DNA from: Octopus bimaculoides
Taxonomy: Eukaryota
Direction of reading: 5' to 3'
Length of the DNA stretch: 47,405 bases
Assembly (NCBI RefSeq): GCF_001194135.2
Contig: NC_069001.1
Coordinates: 7,938,021 to 7,985,425, forward strand
Shown here: piece after piece, positions 24,082-36,610 of the stretch
How the letters are laid out: each line of letters opens with the position of its first letter
Position numbering within the stretch: position 1 is the stretch's first letter
The notes under the pieces: model-generated
Database searches by the model: none
What the model was told of the DNA's origin: nothing
What the model saw: the letters and a program-made list of their open reading frames with translations, nothing else
Made by a program: the position numbers and the translations under genes

Positions 24082-24198
24082 TCAAAGAAGAGAAAAGTGC
24101 TGACACAGCTGCTGCAACAGATCCTTCGACTCTGTATGCTGAGGGAAGGCCTTCAATGCCTTCAGCACAGCATTGTAACTGCCCTGCAGATCACCCAG
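24082..24198 (-). CDS. TTC8: TTC8 last coding exon (LGDLQGSYNAVLKALKAFPQHTESKDLLQQLCQHFSLL*)
   Basis: Acceptor ccacaaccag|CTG, TGA at 24082-24084; matches the TTC8 C-terminus GDLQ.SY...AFP.H...L..HF..L. Confidence 0.95.
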   Translation of the reverse strand: MGDLQGSYNAVLKALKAFPQHTESKDLLQQLCQHFSLL

Positions 24199-27100
24199 CT
24201 GGTTGTGGAGAAAGAAACAATGAGACATTAGCATTCATCAGTGAAGATATTGGTAGTCAAAGACAAAATGAAGAGGAACAATTCATCAAAGATAGCACCG
24301 GTGCTGATGCCAGGTAAAAAGTGACCGGTACACTCTGTAGTGGCTGGCATTAGGAAAGGCATCTGACCAAATAAACCATGCCAAAGCACCTTCACCAGTC
24401 ACCAGTGCTGGTGTCATGTAAAAAGCACCCAGTACACTCTGCGAAGTTGTTGGAATTAGGAAGGCTATCTAGCCTTAGAAACTGTGCCAAAGTAGACCTT
24501 GCTGGTGCTGGTGCTATGTAAAAAAAAAAAACACCCAGTACACTCTGTAAAGTGGTTGGAATTAGGAAAGGTATCCAGCTGTAGAAACCATACCAAAAGT
24601 TGACAATGGAACCTGGTGCAATTCATCCATTTTATCAGGCCACCAACCATACAGGGTCTGCCATATTCTTTGCAAGACTAAGGCATCTTCATTAGTCTAT
24701 GTTATCTCTGTTCATTCACAGCCACATGACCAAGATGGTAAGACAGAACAACAACAAAAGAACCAGAGGGAGAAAGTGTGATGTGAGAAACAGAATAACA
24801 GGGACAAGAGGGAGATAGAGATGTGTACTAGCCATCAATGTTTTGTGTAGAGGCTCTTTTTCAATTTAAAGAAGACAGAAAATAGAAACAAAATTACTGT
24901 AAATATATTAATTACCTTCTCGTTGAGTGCCGCATAGTTGTAATGTGGTTCAAACATGTGCGGAGCCAAAACAAAAGCAGACTGATAGAAAGACCTTGCC
25001 TAGAGAATAGAAAAATAAAATGATACCATGAGACATTATTTGGATAACAGAAATATCTTATAAAAGCGAAACAGTCTTCATAAAATCATACATTTTACAT
25101 TTATATAATAAAAATGAGAAGCAAATAATAATGACCCTTTCTACTAAAGGCACAAGGCCTGAAATTTGGAGGAGGGGGATAGTTGATTATATTGATCCCA
25201 GTACTCAACTGGTACTTATTTTATCAACCCTGAAAGGATGAAAGGCAAAGTCGACCTTGGTGGAATTTGAACCCAGAACATGAAGCTGGATGAAATGAAA
25301 TAAGAATTTTGCCCAGCATGCTTACAATTCTGTCAGCTCACCACCTTAATAATAATAATAATGATAATAATAATCCTTTCTAATGAAGGCACCAGGCTGG
25401 AAATTTGGAGAGGGGGTCAGTTGATTACATTGACCCCAGTACGCAACTGGTACTCATTTTATCAACCTCCGAGAGGATGAAAGGCAAAGTCGACCTTGGC
25501 AGAATTTGAACTCAGAACGTAAAGACAGACGAAATACCACTACACATTTCATCCAGCACGCTAATGATTCTGCCAGTTCACCACCTCAGTAATAATAATA
25601 ATAATCCTTTCTAATAGAAGCACAAGGAGGAGGAGGAGAATAGGTGAGCAGAGGAAGAGGGGATGAAAGAGAAGAGACAGAGAAAAAGGAGGGGGGAAAC
25701 AAACCACAAAACAAATAAACTAAAATTAAAAGTTTTTAAGAATCTGCAGAAAAAAAAACCCCAACAAGTAAGAAATGCTGCTGTTACCATTTCCAAGTGT
25801 CCTCTCTTTAACTCAATAACCCCAAAGTTATTGTAAGCTTCAGCATGGTCGTTGTTATTAGAGAGAGCCATCCTGAAACACTGGTGAGCCAGATCAAGGT
25901 CACCGATTCCCTAAAAAAATATAACAGTCATTAGGATGATGATAACAACAACAAAAACAATAATAATAATAATAATATCAAATGTGGAACCTGAAGACTA
26001 AAACAGGTATTGTAAATATAAGAATAACAGTGGAGAAGAATGTGAATATAAGAATAACAGCGGAGAAGAATATAAAAATGAGAATAACAGTGGAGAAGAA
26101 TGTAAACATGAGAATAACAGTGGAGAGGAATATAAACATAGGAACAGTGAGAACAGAGAGGAGAATAGAGCAACTTACAATGGCTACATGTCCCACATTG
26201 TACCAGATGTCTGCCAGAACCATGTTGTCGTCAGCCAAAGCCAAGGCTTTGCTGAAACACACCATTACCATGTCAAACTGCTGAGCATAGAAACAACAGA
26301 GACCCATGTTGCAGAACAACTCAGACTTGTACACCCCCATCTGAAGCAGCCGCCTACACAGAAAGTCAAAAGGAATCATCATATTAGAAGAGGTTAAATA
26401 CTACCGAACATGCATCTATATTCGTTTAATTTTACAGATGTTTGTATATGTGTGTGTATATACCATTATTGCTATTGTAGTTTTAATGTCCATTTTTTTT
26501 CCATGCTTGCATAGGTCAGAAAGGATTCGTTGATGCAAATTTTATATGGACAGATGCCCTTGCTGTCACCAACCCTCAAATGTTTTTCAAGCAAGTAATA
26601 TTTCCCCACCAAGCAAGACATAATTTCATAGAAGACTGGCAACAAAGGACACTGCTTGAATAATGGTGATGTTCATTTACAACTGTTGGGTGATGTCAAC
26701 ACAAGGAGGCACACAAGCATCCAGTATAGGATTGAGGCAATATTAAATTAAAATAGCCATCTATGTATCATATTTAATGTATATACACCATCAACAGGCC
26801 AGTTTCTGTGTGATGTGAAATATGTTATGCGAAACATGTGATGTGAAACATGTGATGTGAAATGTGTGATGTGAAATGTGTGATGTATAATGTTTAATGC
26901 GTGTTGTGTTATTTGTGATGTTCACCTAAACAATTCAAAACAGTGCTCCAGTATGACCACAGTCCAACAACTGAAACAAGTAAAAGATAAAATACCTTCT
27001 CCCTCTCCCCTCCTTCTCCTCTTCCTCCCTCTGTTTCTCATCTTTTTCATTCTCACCCTCTTTCTCTCTCACTCTCTCCATCTCTCTCACTTTCCCTCTC

Positions 27101-30100
27101 TCACTCTTCTTCTCCACCTTCCTCTGTTTCTCATCTTTTTTCTTTCTCACCCTCTCTCTTGCTCTCTCCATCTCTCTCTCTTTATCACTCTCCCTTCTCC
27201 ATCTCCTCTCCCTCCTTTCTATATCCCTCCCTCCCTCTCTCTCCATTTGTGCCCCACACAATCAAATCCTTCCTCCAACCCTACCTGAAGTACTTCAGGG
27301 CCACTTCAGGCTGGTCGTTGTAGAAATGGTTTGTGGCAATACACGCTATAGCTTCCACTTGCATGCTGTCCAATTCCAGCACCTTGCGGTAGTACTTCAC
27401 AGACTCTTCCAGCTGGTTCAGGCTCTACCAATTAAGAAAGGGAGAAGAGGAAGAAATAGAAGAAGAATTCATAAACAGGGATGAAACGAGATATGAAAGC
27501 TAAAAGAAAGAATGGTATATGGAAAGGCATCCAGCTGTAAAAACCATGCCAGTCTAGGTAATACTGTTAGCCTGGTGTGTCAACAGAGAGCTTTGAAGTT
27601 TTTTGCCCAGATTGATAATCCCTCACTATTTGTGCTACATGTGTGTGTGTCTTTGTGTATGTGTTTGTTCCCCCATCATCGCTTGACAACCAGTGTTGGT
27701 GTGTTTACAGCACCATAACTTGGCGGTTCAGAAAACCAAAGATACTGAAATATGTAATCCATATTATTTTACTTGGAATGGGAAAGATGGAAAGTAAACA
27801 GTAAAGCACCAGACTAAATGTCTACCAATATATAATTCCATCTTCCAAGATTCTTTGTTCACATCTTATTAGTTTTGCCTCTCCCAAGAGTCTTGTACTG
27901 ATGTCTCTGACACATTTCTGGTATTAGTGCCAATTTATGAAATCAGTATTTCACTGGGAATTAACTTCTGACACAAATGGAAGAATATTGACAGGCAGCA
28001 AAATCGATAAGGTACAAGACAACTAATTCCATTTATAAACTTGGTAGATTTGATTAATTAATGATTCCATTACAAGAGGAAGGTCAGCATGATCTCTTTT
28101 GCTAGACCAACAGATAGAAGAGAACAGGTTATCTTCAGACCAGAAATCCAGTTTGAATGCTTGCAAGAATATGGACTTTCCTAACAGCTGCCAAAGACCA
28201 GGTGATGATGTCAAATTGTATCAGAACACATTCAATAACAAAGTGTGTTATCCTGATTCCATCAATATTAACCCTTTTGATACCAATCTTCCTGAGACTG
28301 ACCTTTGTTCTATGATACAAACAGTCTGTTTTACAGTGTTCTTAATTTAAATCTTTAATAAGATGGCAAACTGTTGGAATTGTTACTGTACCAGGTAAAA
28401 TGCTTAACAGTATTTCATCTGGAGTAAAGATTTTTGCCAACATAACATGGCAGTCCTGGTTTAGGACAAATGTTGCTGTAATTTAGCCCCAGGAGACATC
28501 GTCTCCAGCTGGCTATATGACACAGTCTGTGTCCTTATATTTTCAAACCAATACTCAGGGCCAGCTCAAGAACCCAATAGGTGATCAGCTTTCTTTTAGG
28601 TGCAGGCGTTGTTGTGTGCTAAAAAGCTTGCTTCCCAACTACATGGTTCTGGGTTCAGTTCCATCTACGATAGCCACAGGCCAACCAAAATCTTGTGAGT
28701 GGATTTTGATAGATGGAAACTGAAAGAAACCCTCACCATAATTGCCACTAGCATTATCACCACCACCACCACTACTACCACCTAGAGCCCATTCAACCTT
28801 CAATCTGTGAGGTGAACCAACTTACTTCATAAATCCTAGCAATGCCAATCAGCAGAGTTACCTCTCCTGCAAACCTGTTCAAGCCACTTTTGTACATGTC
28901 GATAGCGTTGAGAGGCTGGTCCAACTTCACGTAGACTTTACTGATGTAATGGTAAATGGCCACAGTCTCTTGTTCATTCAGAGCTTGCTTCAAATACACC
29001 TCNNNNNNNNNNNNNNNNNNNNNNNNNNNNNNNNNNNNNNNNNNNNNNNNNNNNNNNNNNNNNNNNNNNNNNNNNNNNNNNNNNNNNNNNNNNNNNNNNN
29101 NNNNNNNNNNNNNNNNNNNNNNNNNNNNNNNNNNNNNNNNNNNNNNNNNNNNNNNNNNNNNNNNNNNNNNNNNNNNNNNNNNNNNNNNNNNNNNNNNNNN
29201 NNNNNNNNNNNNNNNNNNNNNNNNNNNNNNNNNNNNNNNNNNNNNNNNNNNNNNNNNNNNNNNNNNNNNNNNNNNNNNNNNNNNNNNNNNNNNNNNNNNN
29301 NNNNNNNNNNNNNNNNNNNNNNNNNNNNNNNNNNNNNNNNNNNNTATATATACATACATACATACACACACATCTACATATATACATACACATACATACA
29401 TAGACAGACATACATAGAAAAGTATATATATATATATATATATATACATACACACACACACAGATGGAGTGAAAGGTGATGAGGAGAGAGATAAAGTAAA
29501 AAAAACAATCACCTGTAGCAGCACTTGGCATAATGGAATTGCCACCACCAAACCTGGTCCTTGCTGTTCTTCAAAGCCATATTTGCAAACTTTGAAGCCT
29601 GTCAAATAAACATAAACGGAAAGATGAAACATGGATGGTCTTCATCAACATCTTCACATTTGTTGTGGTTTAATAAACCTTAGTGCTTCTACTTTCAAAA
29701 TCTTATTCTATCAATGTATTGGAACTTTTATTTCTAAATGAAGAGTACAGACATCCATATCCACCCAGATATGTTCATCTTCACATTATCAAATTAAAAA
29801 GAAAAAAAATAATTATACTCTTACTGTTCGAATGTCATTCTCATGATAGAAAATATATTCAAAGAGAGACTTGGATAATTCTGGACGAAGTGAGTATTTA
29901 TTTAAGTTCAAACGGGCCAAATTGATGAAAGCACCATCAGGTGAGGAAACCATAGACGCCTGCAACAAAAGAAAACAGCAACATTAATTAAATCATTGAA
30001 TGAATGATTGCTTGGTAACACTAGCGTAGCTAGGGACGAGGCAGTCAACTCTGGGCGGCACTTTTCATCTTGTGTTACACTATTGCTGTCACACTCTGTA

Positions 30101-31007
30101 TCATACTGAATCTCCCTGAGAGCTATGTCAAGGGTATGCTTGTCTGTGGAGTGCTCAGCCAGTTGCACATTAATTTCACAAGCAAGCTGTTCCATTGATC
30201 ATATCAGCTGGGACCCTCATCATTATAATCGACGGAGTGCTCCTGATTACATTTGATAAACTAATCTGAGTGCTAATGGGTTAACATTTAATGCAGCCCT
30301 AATAGACGGTACCCTGTAAAAGCACCCGTGCAGTGCCACATAAAAAGTACCCAGCACACTCTTTAAAGTGGTTGGCATTAGGAAGGGCATCCAGCCATAG
30401 AAACTGTGCCAAATCAGACTGGAGTCTGGTGCAGCTCCTCAGCTTGCCAGCTCTGATCAAACCATCCAATCCAAACCAGCATGGACAATGGACATTCATT
30501 AACGATGGTGATGTTGGTGAGGCTCAAATATTCTAGATGTTTTATATTCAAACCAGCCAGATTCAGCCTCTCATGTAAACCTTATAGTTTCATTCTAACA
30601 AAAAAAATCACATCCTTGAAATCTCGAAGTTACGAGATAATGCATGATTAATTCAAAACAATGTGAATAAATAAGCATTTGACAGAAAGAAATCTGAACG
30701 CTAAAGGGTTAATAGGAAGTAAAAAAATCTACTTACTGTCCCCAACCGCACATATCTAGCAGATGTTGAGCTGACTGGCCGAGCTGTGTGTGCAGTGCGT
30801 GCAGTCTGAAGTGCTGACTCCATAGTGCCTGGTCTGCTTGACTGAGTTCCTGGACGAATAAAACCAGTTACTGGACGGCCAGACTGTGTCACAGGTCTGT
30901 CAAATACACATAAAAGCACATGTGAAACAATTCATTCCAATCAAATAATATATTATTAATGCTTTCTTGGAAAAGTTCCTCTGGTTCTCCTTATTTTAAG
31001 ACATTGA

Positions 31008-31061
<54 letters not shown>

Positions 31062-33879
31062 NNNNNNNNNNNNNNNNNNNNNNNNNNNNNNNNNNNNNNN
31101 NNNNNNNNNNNNNNNNNNNNNNNNNNNNNNNNNNNNNNNNNNNNNNNNNNNNNNNNNNNNNNNNNNNNNNNNNNNNNNNNNNNNNNNNNNNNNNNNNNNN
31201 NNNNNNNNNNNNNNNNNNNNNNNNNNNNNNNNNNNNNNNNNNNNNNNNNNNNNNNNNNNNNNNNNNNNNNNNNNNNNNNNNNNNNNNNNNNNNNNNNNNN
31301 NNNNNNNNNNNNNNNNNNNNNNNNNNNNNNNNNNNNNNNNNNNNNNNNNNNNNNNNNNNNNNNNNNNNNNNNNNNNNNNNNNNNNNNNNNNNNNNNNNNN
31401 NNNNNNNNNNNNNNNNNNNNNNNNNNNNNNNNNNNNNNNNNNNNNNNNNNNNNNNNNNNNNNNNNNNNNNNNNNNNNNNNNNNNNNNNNNNNNNNNNNNN
31501 NNNNNNNNNNNNNNNNNNNNNNNNNNNNNNNNNNNNNNNNNNNNNNNNNNNNNNNNNNNNNNNNNNNNNNNNNNNNNNNNNNNNNNNNNNNNNNNNNNNN
31601 NNNNNNNNNNNNNNNNNNNNNNNNNNNNNNNNNNNNNNNNNNNNNNNNNNNNNNNNNNNNNNNNNNNNNNNNNNNNNNNNNNNNNNNNNNNNNNNNNNNA
31701 TACAGGGGTACTGCATTGTAAAGTTTAGTCAAACAAATGATGATGATGATAATGACGATGATGGCAGCAGTGAGAATAGTAGTAGTGGTAACAATGGTGG
31801 TGGTGATGGGGGTGATGATTGCGAGGATAATGGGGGGGGCAGGAGAGGAGGGGTAGTAGTGGTTGGGGTTGTGATGGAGATTTCCTCATGACCAGACGTG
31901 TCTTTCACAGAAAACAAGAAATGAACAACATCGCTTGTATGATGGTGATGCTCGTTTGCAACCATCTCATGATACTGAGAGACACACACACACACATATA
32001 TAGATATAAATGTGTAAGTGTGAATGTATATATGAGTATATCTATATTTGCATCTATGTATACACACACAAACACACATGCACACAATGGACTTCTTCCA
32101 GCTTCTGCTTACCAAACCCACTCACAAGACTTTGGTCAACACAAAGTTATAAGCAGAAGACACTGGCCCAAAGTGCCACACAATGGGACTGAACTCAAAC
32201 CCACATGGTTGGAAAGCAAGCTTCTTAACCACACACTCACACCTGCCCCAGAGGTAGAGGTAGAAGTGATTAAAAACCTCAATGTTTTATTAAACCTGAA
32301 AAGATAGAAGGTAAAGTCAACTCTGATAAACATAAAGAAAAAACAATAATGATAAGAGAGTATTGTAGTTCGCTTGAAGCATTGTGTATTGTTTGTAAAG
32401 AATAAAAAGTTTAGAATGGTACAACAATGCACTATAGAACAAAAAATGGACTATATATCTGTTATAATTTGGTTATCTATAGTCCGATGATATTTTGGAA
32501 TTACAATTCCTTCTTGAGATCTTCTTAGCTGGAGTCTCTGCTATATAATAATTTGAAGGAAGATAAACAATAAACAAACCTGATTGCAGGGTTTATACCA
32601 TCCGGCCTGGATTCCAATGAGCTTGATTGCAATGAAGTCCCTGGACGTACATTCTGAGCAAGGGCATTTTCATCAAGAATGCTCTCAGCAATAGTTTCTT
32701 CTTCCAAATCTGCATCATCGACATAAACTTGTTCAGTCAATGCCCGTGTTTTCAATGACCAAGCTGCCTAAATCAGAACAAAAATAAAATACTAGATGTT
32801 TGAGAAAAAAAATTGCTTTTAATTTTATGTAATTGTTGTGGCAGATGAACCCAGGTGAGAAGTGGGTTGATCCACTACTAATAAATAGTGGACAGACACA
32901 GTCAGTAATGTCAGTCAGCGAGGTACGCTGTTCAGGTCAGTCCCACAGAGACAATGAAATATGTTATCATAATGAAGGAAATTACATTGGCGATGAGGAT
33001 TCGTAGCTCACAGAGCCTGGTACACAGATATGTACCAGTGGGACATAGCAGTGGGTGGTGATGAGGATACCTCCCACTGTATGACGGTATCGTTATAACA
33101 GTGGTAATGAGGTTACAAAAGCTCGTGGGAGTGTTGAAATTGAAGACTTACGTTCAAGAACAATGAAAGAAGCCGGTCATGTTGATAGATAGATTGATTG
33201 ATGTGTCTTTGTGTTTGTTCCCCACCACCACCACCACCACTTGGCAACCAGTATTGGTTTGTTTACGTCAGTGAATTAGCAATTCAACAAAGGAGTCCGA
33301 TGGAATAAGTACCAAGATTGTAAAAATAAATCAGGTAAAGGAGTCGATTTGTTCGACTAAAGCCGTGATGGTGGTGCTCCAGCATGGCGACAGTCCAATC
33401 ATTGAAATAAGTAAAAGACAAAAGATAAAATAATTGCTTAAGAAATATTTCTTTTCCTTGGAGAGAGAAAAAGGAGGGAAAGTATACTGATGAGACTTTT
33501 GGAGATCGTTGAAAAGATACAAGGAGTTGAATACAGTGAAAAGAGAGAAGAAGAAGAAAGTTATTCCACTCTGCACACAAAATCCTTTTTATTCGTTGTT
33601 AATTTTATTATTTAAAATATCTTTTCCATTTGTATTCGCTATTATCTACGTTCAGTAACTAAATATAAATCTAAAATAAAAGAAATAATTAAATGAATTC
33701 TCAAAAGAATTCAAACAGGCAACAAGTTAAAATCTTTCGCGGCCATTGTTGTCAAATGAATATTTAGTGCTATTTACCTCATCGTAGGGCGTTTTTTCAA
33801 GAATACTGGTGCATAATTCGGCGCATTCTTTGAATTTTCTTCGTCTAAAGTTACTTATAGCATAAAACATTGGATGCAT
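24082..33879 (-). CDS. TTC8: Tetratricopeptide repeat protein 8 (BBSome subunit BBS8), complete 11-exon coding span
   Basis: Hand-spliced exons 33778-33879, 32580-32767, 30737-30896, 29825-29959, 29513-29598, 28826->29002, 27285-27424, 26179-26353, 25788-25910, 24916-24999, 24082-24198. All visible junctions are GT-AG with matching phases. Motifs FRRRKF..C..LC..ILEK.PYD, RPGTS, RPxT repeats, WWW, EAIACI..NHFY.DQPE, HAEAYNN match vertebrate TTC8 as recalled. Confidence 0.97.
24916..24999 (-). CDS. TTC8: TTC8 exon 10 (ARSFYQSAFVLAPHMFEPHYNYAALNEK)
   Basis: Acceptor ttctctag|GCA, donor AAG|GTAATT, 84 nt. Confidence 0.95.
25125..25627 (-). mobile_element. Two tandem SINE family A copies plus a third tail in TTC8 intron 9
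   Basis: Copies 25125-25346 and 25365-25586, tail fragment 25590-25627. Confidence 0.85.
25788..25910 (-). CDS. TTC8: TTC8 exon 9 (GIGDLDLAHQCFRMALSNNNDHAEAYNNFGVIELKRGHLEM)
   Basis: Acceptor tttttag|GGA, donor ATG|GTAACA, 123 nt. Confidence 0.96.
26011..26160 (+). repeat. 30-bp minisatellite in TTC8 intron 8
   Basis: Four clear units TGTAAATATAAGAATAACAGTGGAGAAGAA plus one degenerate unit. Confidence 0.9.
26179..26353 (-). CDS. TTC8: TTC8 exon 8 (RLLQMGVYKSELFCNMGLCCFYAQQFD...WYNVGHVAI)
   Basis: Acceptor ctgtgtag|G, donor ATT|GTAAGT, 175 nt. Confidence 0.96.
27285..27424 (-). CDS. TTC8: TTC8 exon 7 (SLNQLEESVKYYRKVLELDSMQVEAIACIATNHFYNDQPEVALKYFR)
   Basis: Acceptor attggtag|AGC, donor AG|GTAGGG, 140 nt. 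Confidence 0.96.
28826..29002 (-). CDS. TTC8: TTC8 exon 6, 5' end hidden in gap 29003-29344 (EVYLKQAL...LDQP...GEVTLLIGIARIYE)
   Basis: 177 visible nt, donor GAA|GTAAGT. About 22 nt are expected in the N run by homology (inference). Confidence 0.93.
29513..29598 (-). CDS. TTC8: TTC8 exon 5 (ASKFANMALKNSKDQVWWWQFHYAKCCYR)
   Basis: Acceptor ttgacag|GCT, donor AG|GTGATT, 86 nt; WWW...KC.YR motif retained. Confidence 0.92.
29825..29959 (-). CDS. TTC8: TTC8 exon 4 (ASMVSSPDGAFINLARLNLNKYSLRPELSKSLFEYIFYHENDIRT)
   Basis: Acceptor ttgttgcag|GCG, donor ACA|GTAAGA, 135 nt. Not listed in the ORF track. Confidence 0.96.
30737..30896 (-). CDS. TTC8: TTC8 exon 3 (PVTQSGRPVTGFIRPGTQSSRPGTM...RYVRLGT)
   Basis: Acceptor ttgacag|A, donor ACA|GTAAGT, 160 nt. 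Confidence 0.96.
32580..32767 (-). CDS. TTC8: TTC8 exon 2 (AAWSLKTRALTEQVYVDD...RPGTS...INPAIR)
   Basis: Acceptor gatttag|GCA, donor AG|GTTTGT, 188 nt, ends phase 2. Confidence 0.95.
33778..33879 (-). CDS. TTC8: TTC8 coding exon 1 (MHPMFYAISNFRRRKFKECAELCTSILEKTPYDE)
   Basis: Donor GAG|GTAAAT, phase 0. In-frame upstream ATGs at 33897 and 33927 are alternative starts; 33879 aligns with the vertebrate MEPLLLAWSYFRRRK start. Confidence 0.92.
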
Positions 33880-33899
33880 TCTCTCAAAGGGTGGCATGT

Positions 33900-35576
33900 T
33901 TAATGCGGTGACTAAATATATGTACACGTAAGTAAATATGTATATATATAATTCTTAAAGTACTATCAATCGGCCATATTGTATATGCGTTACCAAAACA
34001 ACCTTTAAAGGGAAATAAGTGTAGTGAAATAAATTGAGTCATTTCCCTTGGAGAATAATTTCCCGGGGACTCATCAAATTCTGTAGACCACCTCATGCAC
34101 ACGAATTAAAATTTAGGAAAATTAGCAAATTTATCTCTCAAAACCCATCTATCGCATGTAATTGTATTTAATGATGTAACAGAGAAAGTTTAAATAAGTG
34201 ACTGAAAATGTCACTTTATTGATACACTTTTCAAAATATAATTTTTTTTTTTCACACATTCACTTGTAGTATTTGACTTTTCTTTCATTGTGAAAAGTAC
34301 AATGAAGAGAAGAGGGGGTCAGATTTTTTTTTTTTCTTTCTTTAACGCAGGTTATAAATATTTCAGAATGTAGAATACGATAAAATGACAGAAAATTACG
34401 GAAATGAAAAATATACCATTTAGTGGTTGTTGTTGCAAAGGTATGTTTGTGTGAGGGGAGAAACAAACGTTGAAAAGACATGGATTTAAAAAACTTTTAC
34501 TTTAAAAAAGCTTCCCTTCATTGTTTTGCAATGCAAGAAAAAAGGAAAAATCCTGACAAATTTGCGAAATTCCAACATATATAGGACAGCTATTCCAAAA
34601 GAATTCTCTTTCTCCATCAGATGGCAACATACAAATTCTGGTCTTCTTGTAGGTTTTTGCAATAGCAAGAACTAGTTCTTCTGGAATGCAATATGCTTGA
34701 AGGATCTTCAATATTTTGTAACAATGGGTGCTGTCAAACCAGTTGCTGAAGTCCACGAAGGTTATAATGGCAAGTAGCAGTCTTGATTTAACTCCTGCGA
34801 TATGCCTCGGGCTAAGATCTGAGATGTTGTGTGGCTCTTCTGAGTCTAAATCCATTTTGATTTGGTCTTAGATGGCTATCAAGCACCTGTTGAACCCTGT
34901 TGATGATCATTCAGTTGATGACTTAGTGTGAGATATTGGACAGTGCAATTCCTCTGTAGTTAGTTTCATTGCTGAGGTTTCCTAACTCTGGGATTGGTAT
35001 CAAGTTAATTTCAAACAACTGATCTGAACTTTTTGGGGTCTGCAAGAGCTTATTCATAAAATCCAGTATTATTTCATCCAGATTGTGCCTCTTGATAACT
35101 TTGGTGGAAATTTCATCAGGGCCAGCAGCTTTTCCTTCTTTCAGTCAATTTTTGGCACTCTGAATTCTTTCAAATACGAGCTGGGGTGCTACAAGGAGAT
35201 ACGCTTGCACCATATCTGTTTGTAATTGTATTGGATTATGCATTGCATAATCCAGTAGACAGCAGTGACGAAGACCTTGGTCTCATCATAAACCAGCAAT
35301 GATCATGGAGAGTGCCAGCAGTAACCATCACTGACCTGGACTTCACAGCTGATACAGCACTCTTATCTCATAGATCACTCATATCTAATAGATCAAGTTC
35401 AACAGCTGTTCAGCAGAGTAGAAGCATCAGCTGCAAAGATAGGACTGTTGCAGAAGTGCTAGTTTTCCTTATTTAATAACCTTATGGCTTGGACGGAATA
35501 GGCATCACTTCCTAGTACATTATATCTATCTATCTATCTGTCTGTCTATCTATCTATCCATCTATCTATCTATCTA

Positions 35577-35616
<40 letters not shown>

Positions 35617-36053
35617 CCTTGCACATGTGCGCATACACACACATGCATGCGCGCACGCACACACACACACACATTCACGGTGGGGTTTCACACAGTTTCC
35701 TCCTACCAACTTCACTCATATAGCATTGGTCGAACCGAAGTTATAATAGGAGATCCTTATCCAATGTGCCATGCAGTGAGAGGGAAACTGAAAGCTTGTT
35801 AACCACACAGCAAAAAAAAAACGTTTTCTTGTTTCTATACTAAATGCTCTATTCCCCCCATCCCACCCCACTCATCACTCTTTCTCCGTTTCTCTTTTTT
35901 TTTTCTGAAGAAAGACTAACATCCGAAACGTTTTCACTGTGTTCTAACTTCTCAAGAGTTAACCTACCATAATCGTCATACTTTGTTCTTCCTGTGTTGT
36001 TGCTTTGTATGTTTTCTTTTTGAATTTACGTCATACGTACATACATACATACA

Positions 36054-36084
<31 letters not shown>

Positions 36085-36410
36085 GTGTGTATGTGTACAC
36101 GTGTGCACACATAAATACACATACACACAAACACATTTACAGCTAAAAACATTTTGTGTGCATATATATACGTAAAAGCACCCACTACACTCTCAGAGTG
36201 GTTGGCGTTAGGAAGGGCATCCAGCTGTAGAAACTCTGCCAAATCAGATTGGAGCCTGGTGCAGCCATCTGGTTCACCAGTCCTCAGTCAAATCGTCCAA
36301 CCCATGCTAGCATGGAAAGCGGACGTTAAACGATGATGATGATGATGACGATGATGATGATGATGATATATGTATAAATATCTGTGCGTGGGGGAGGGGT
36401 GTGGACAGAA

Positions 36411-36474
<64 letters not shown>

Positions 36475-36571
36475 CCACACATATACATATGTATACGTAT
36501 GTAATGTATACATACACATACACACACTCACATACACATACACACACTCACATATACATACACACACTCAC

Positions 36572-36610
<39 letters not shown>

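Noticed and set aside
23868-24231. Plus-strand ORFs overlapping the TTC8 stop
   Set aside because: Antisense shadow of the last exon plus (GCT/GTT)n repeats in the 3' UTR.
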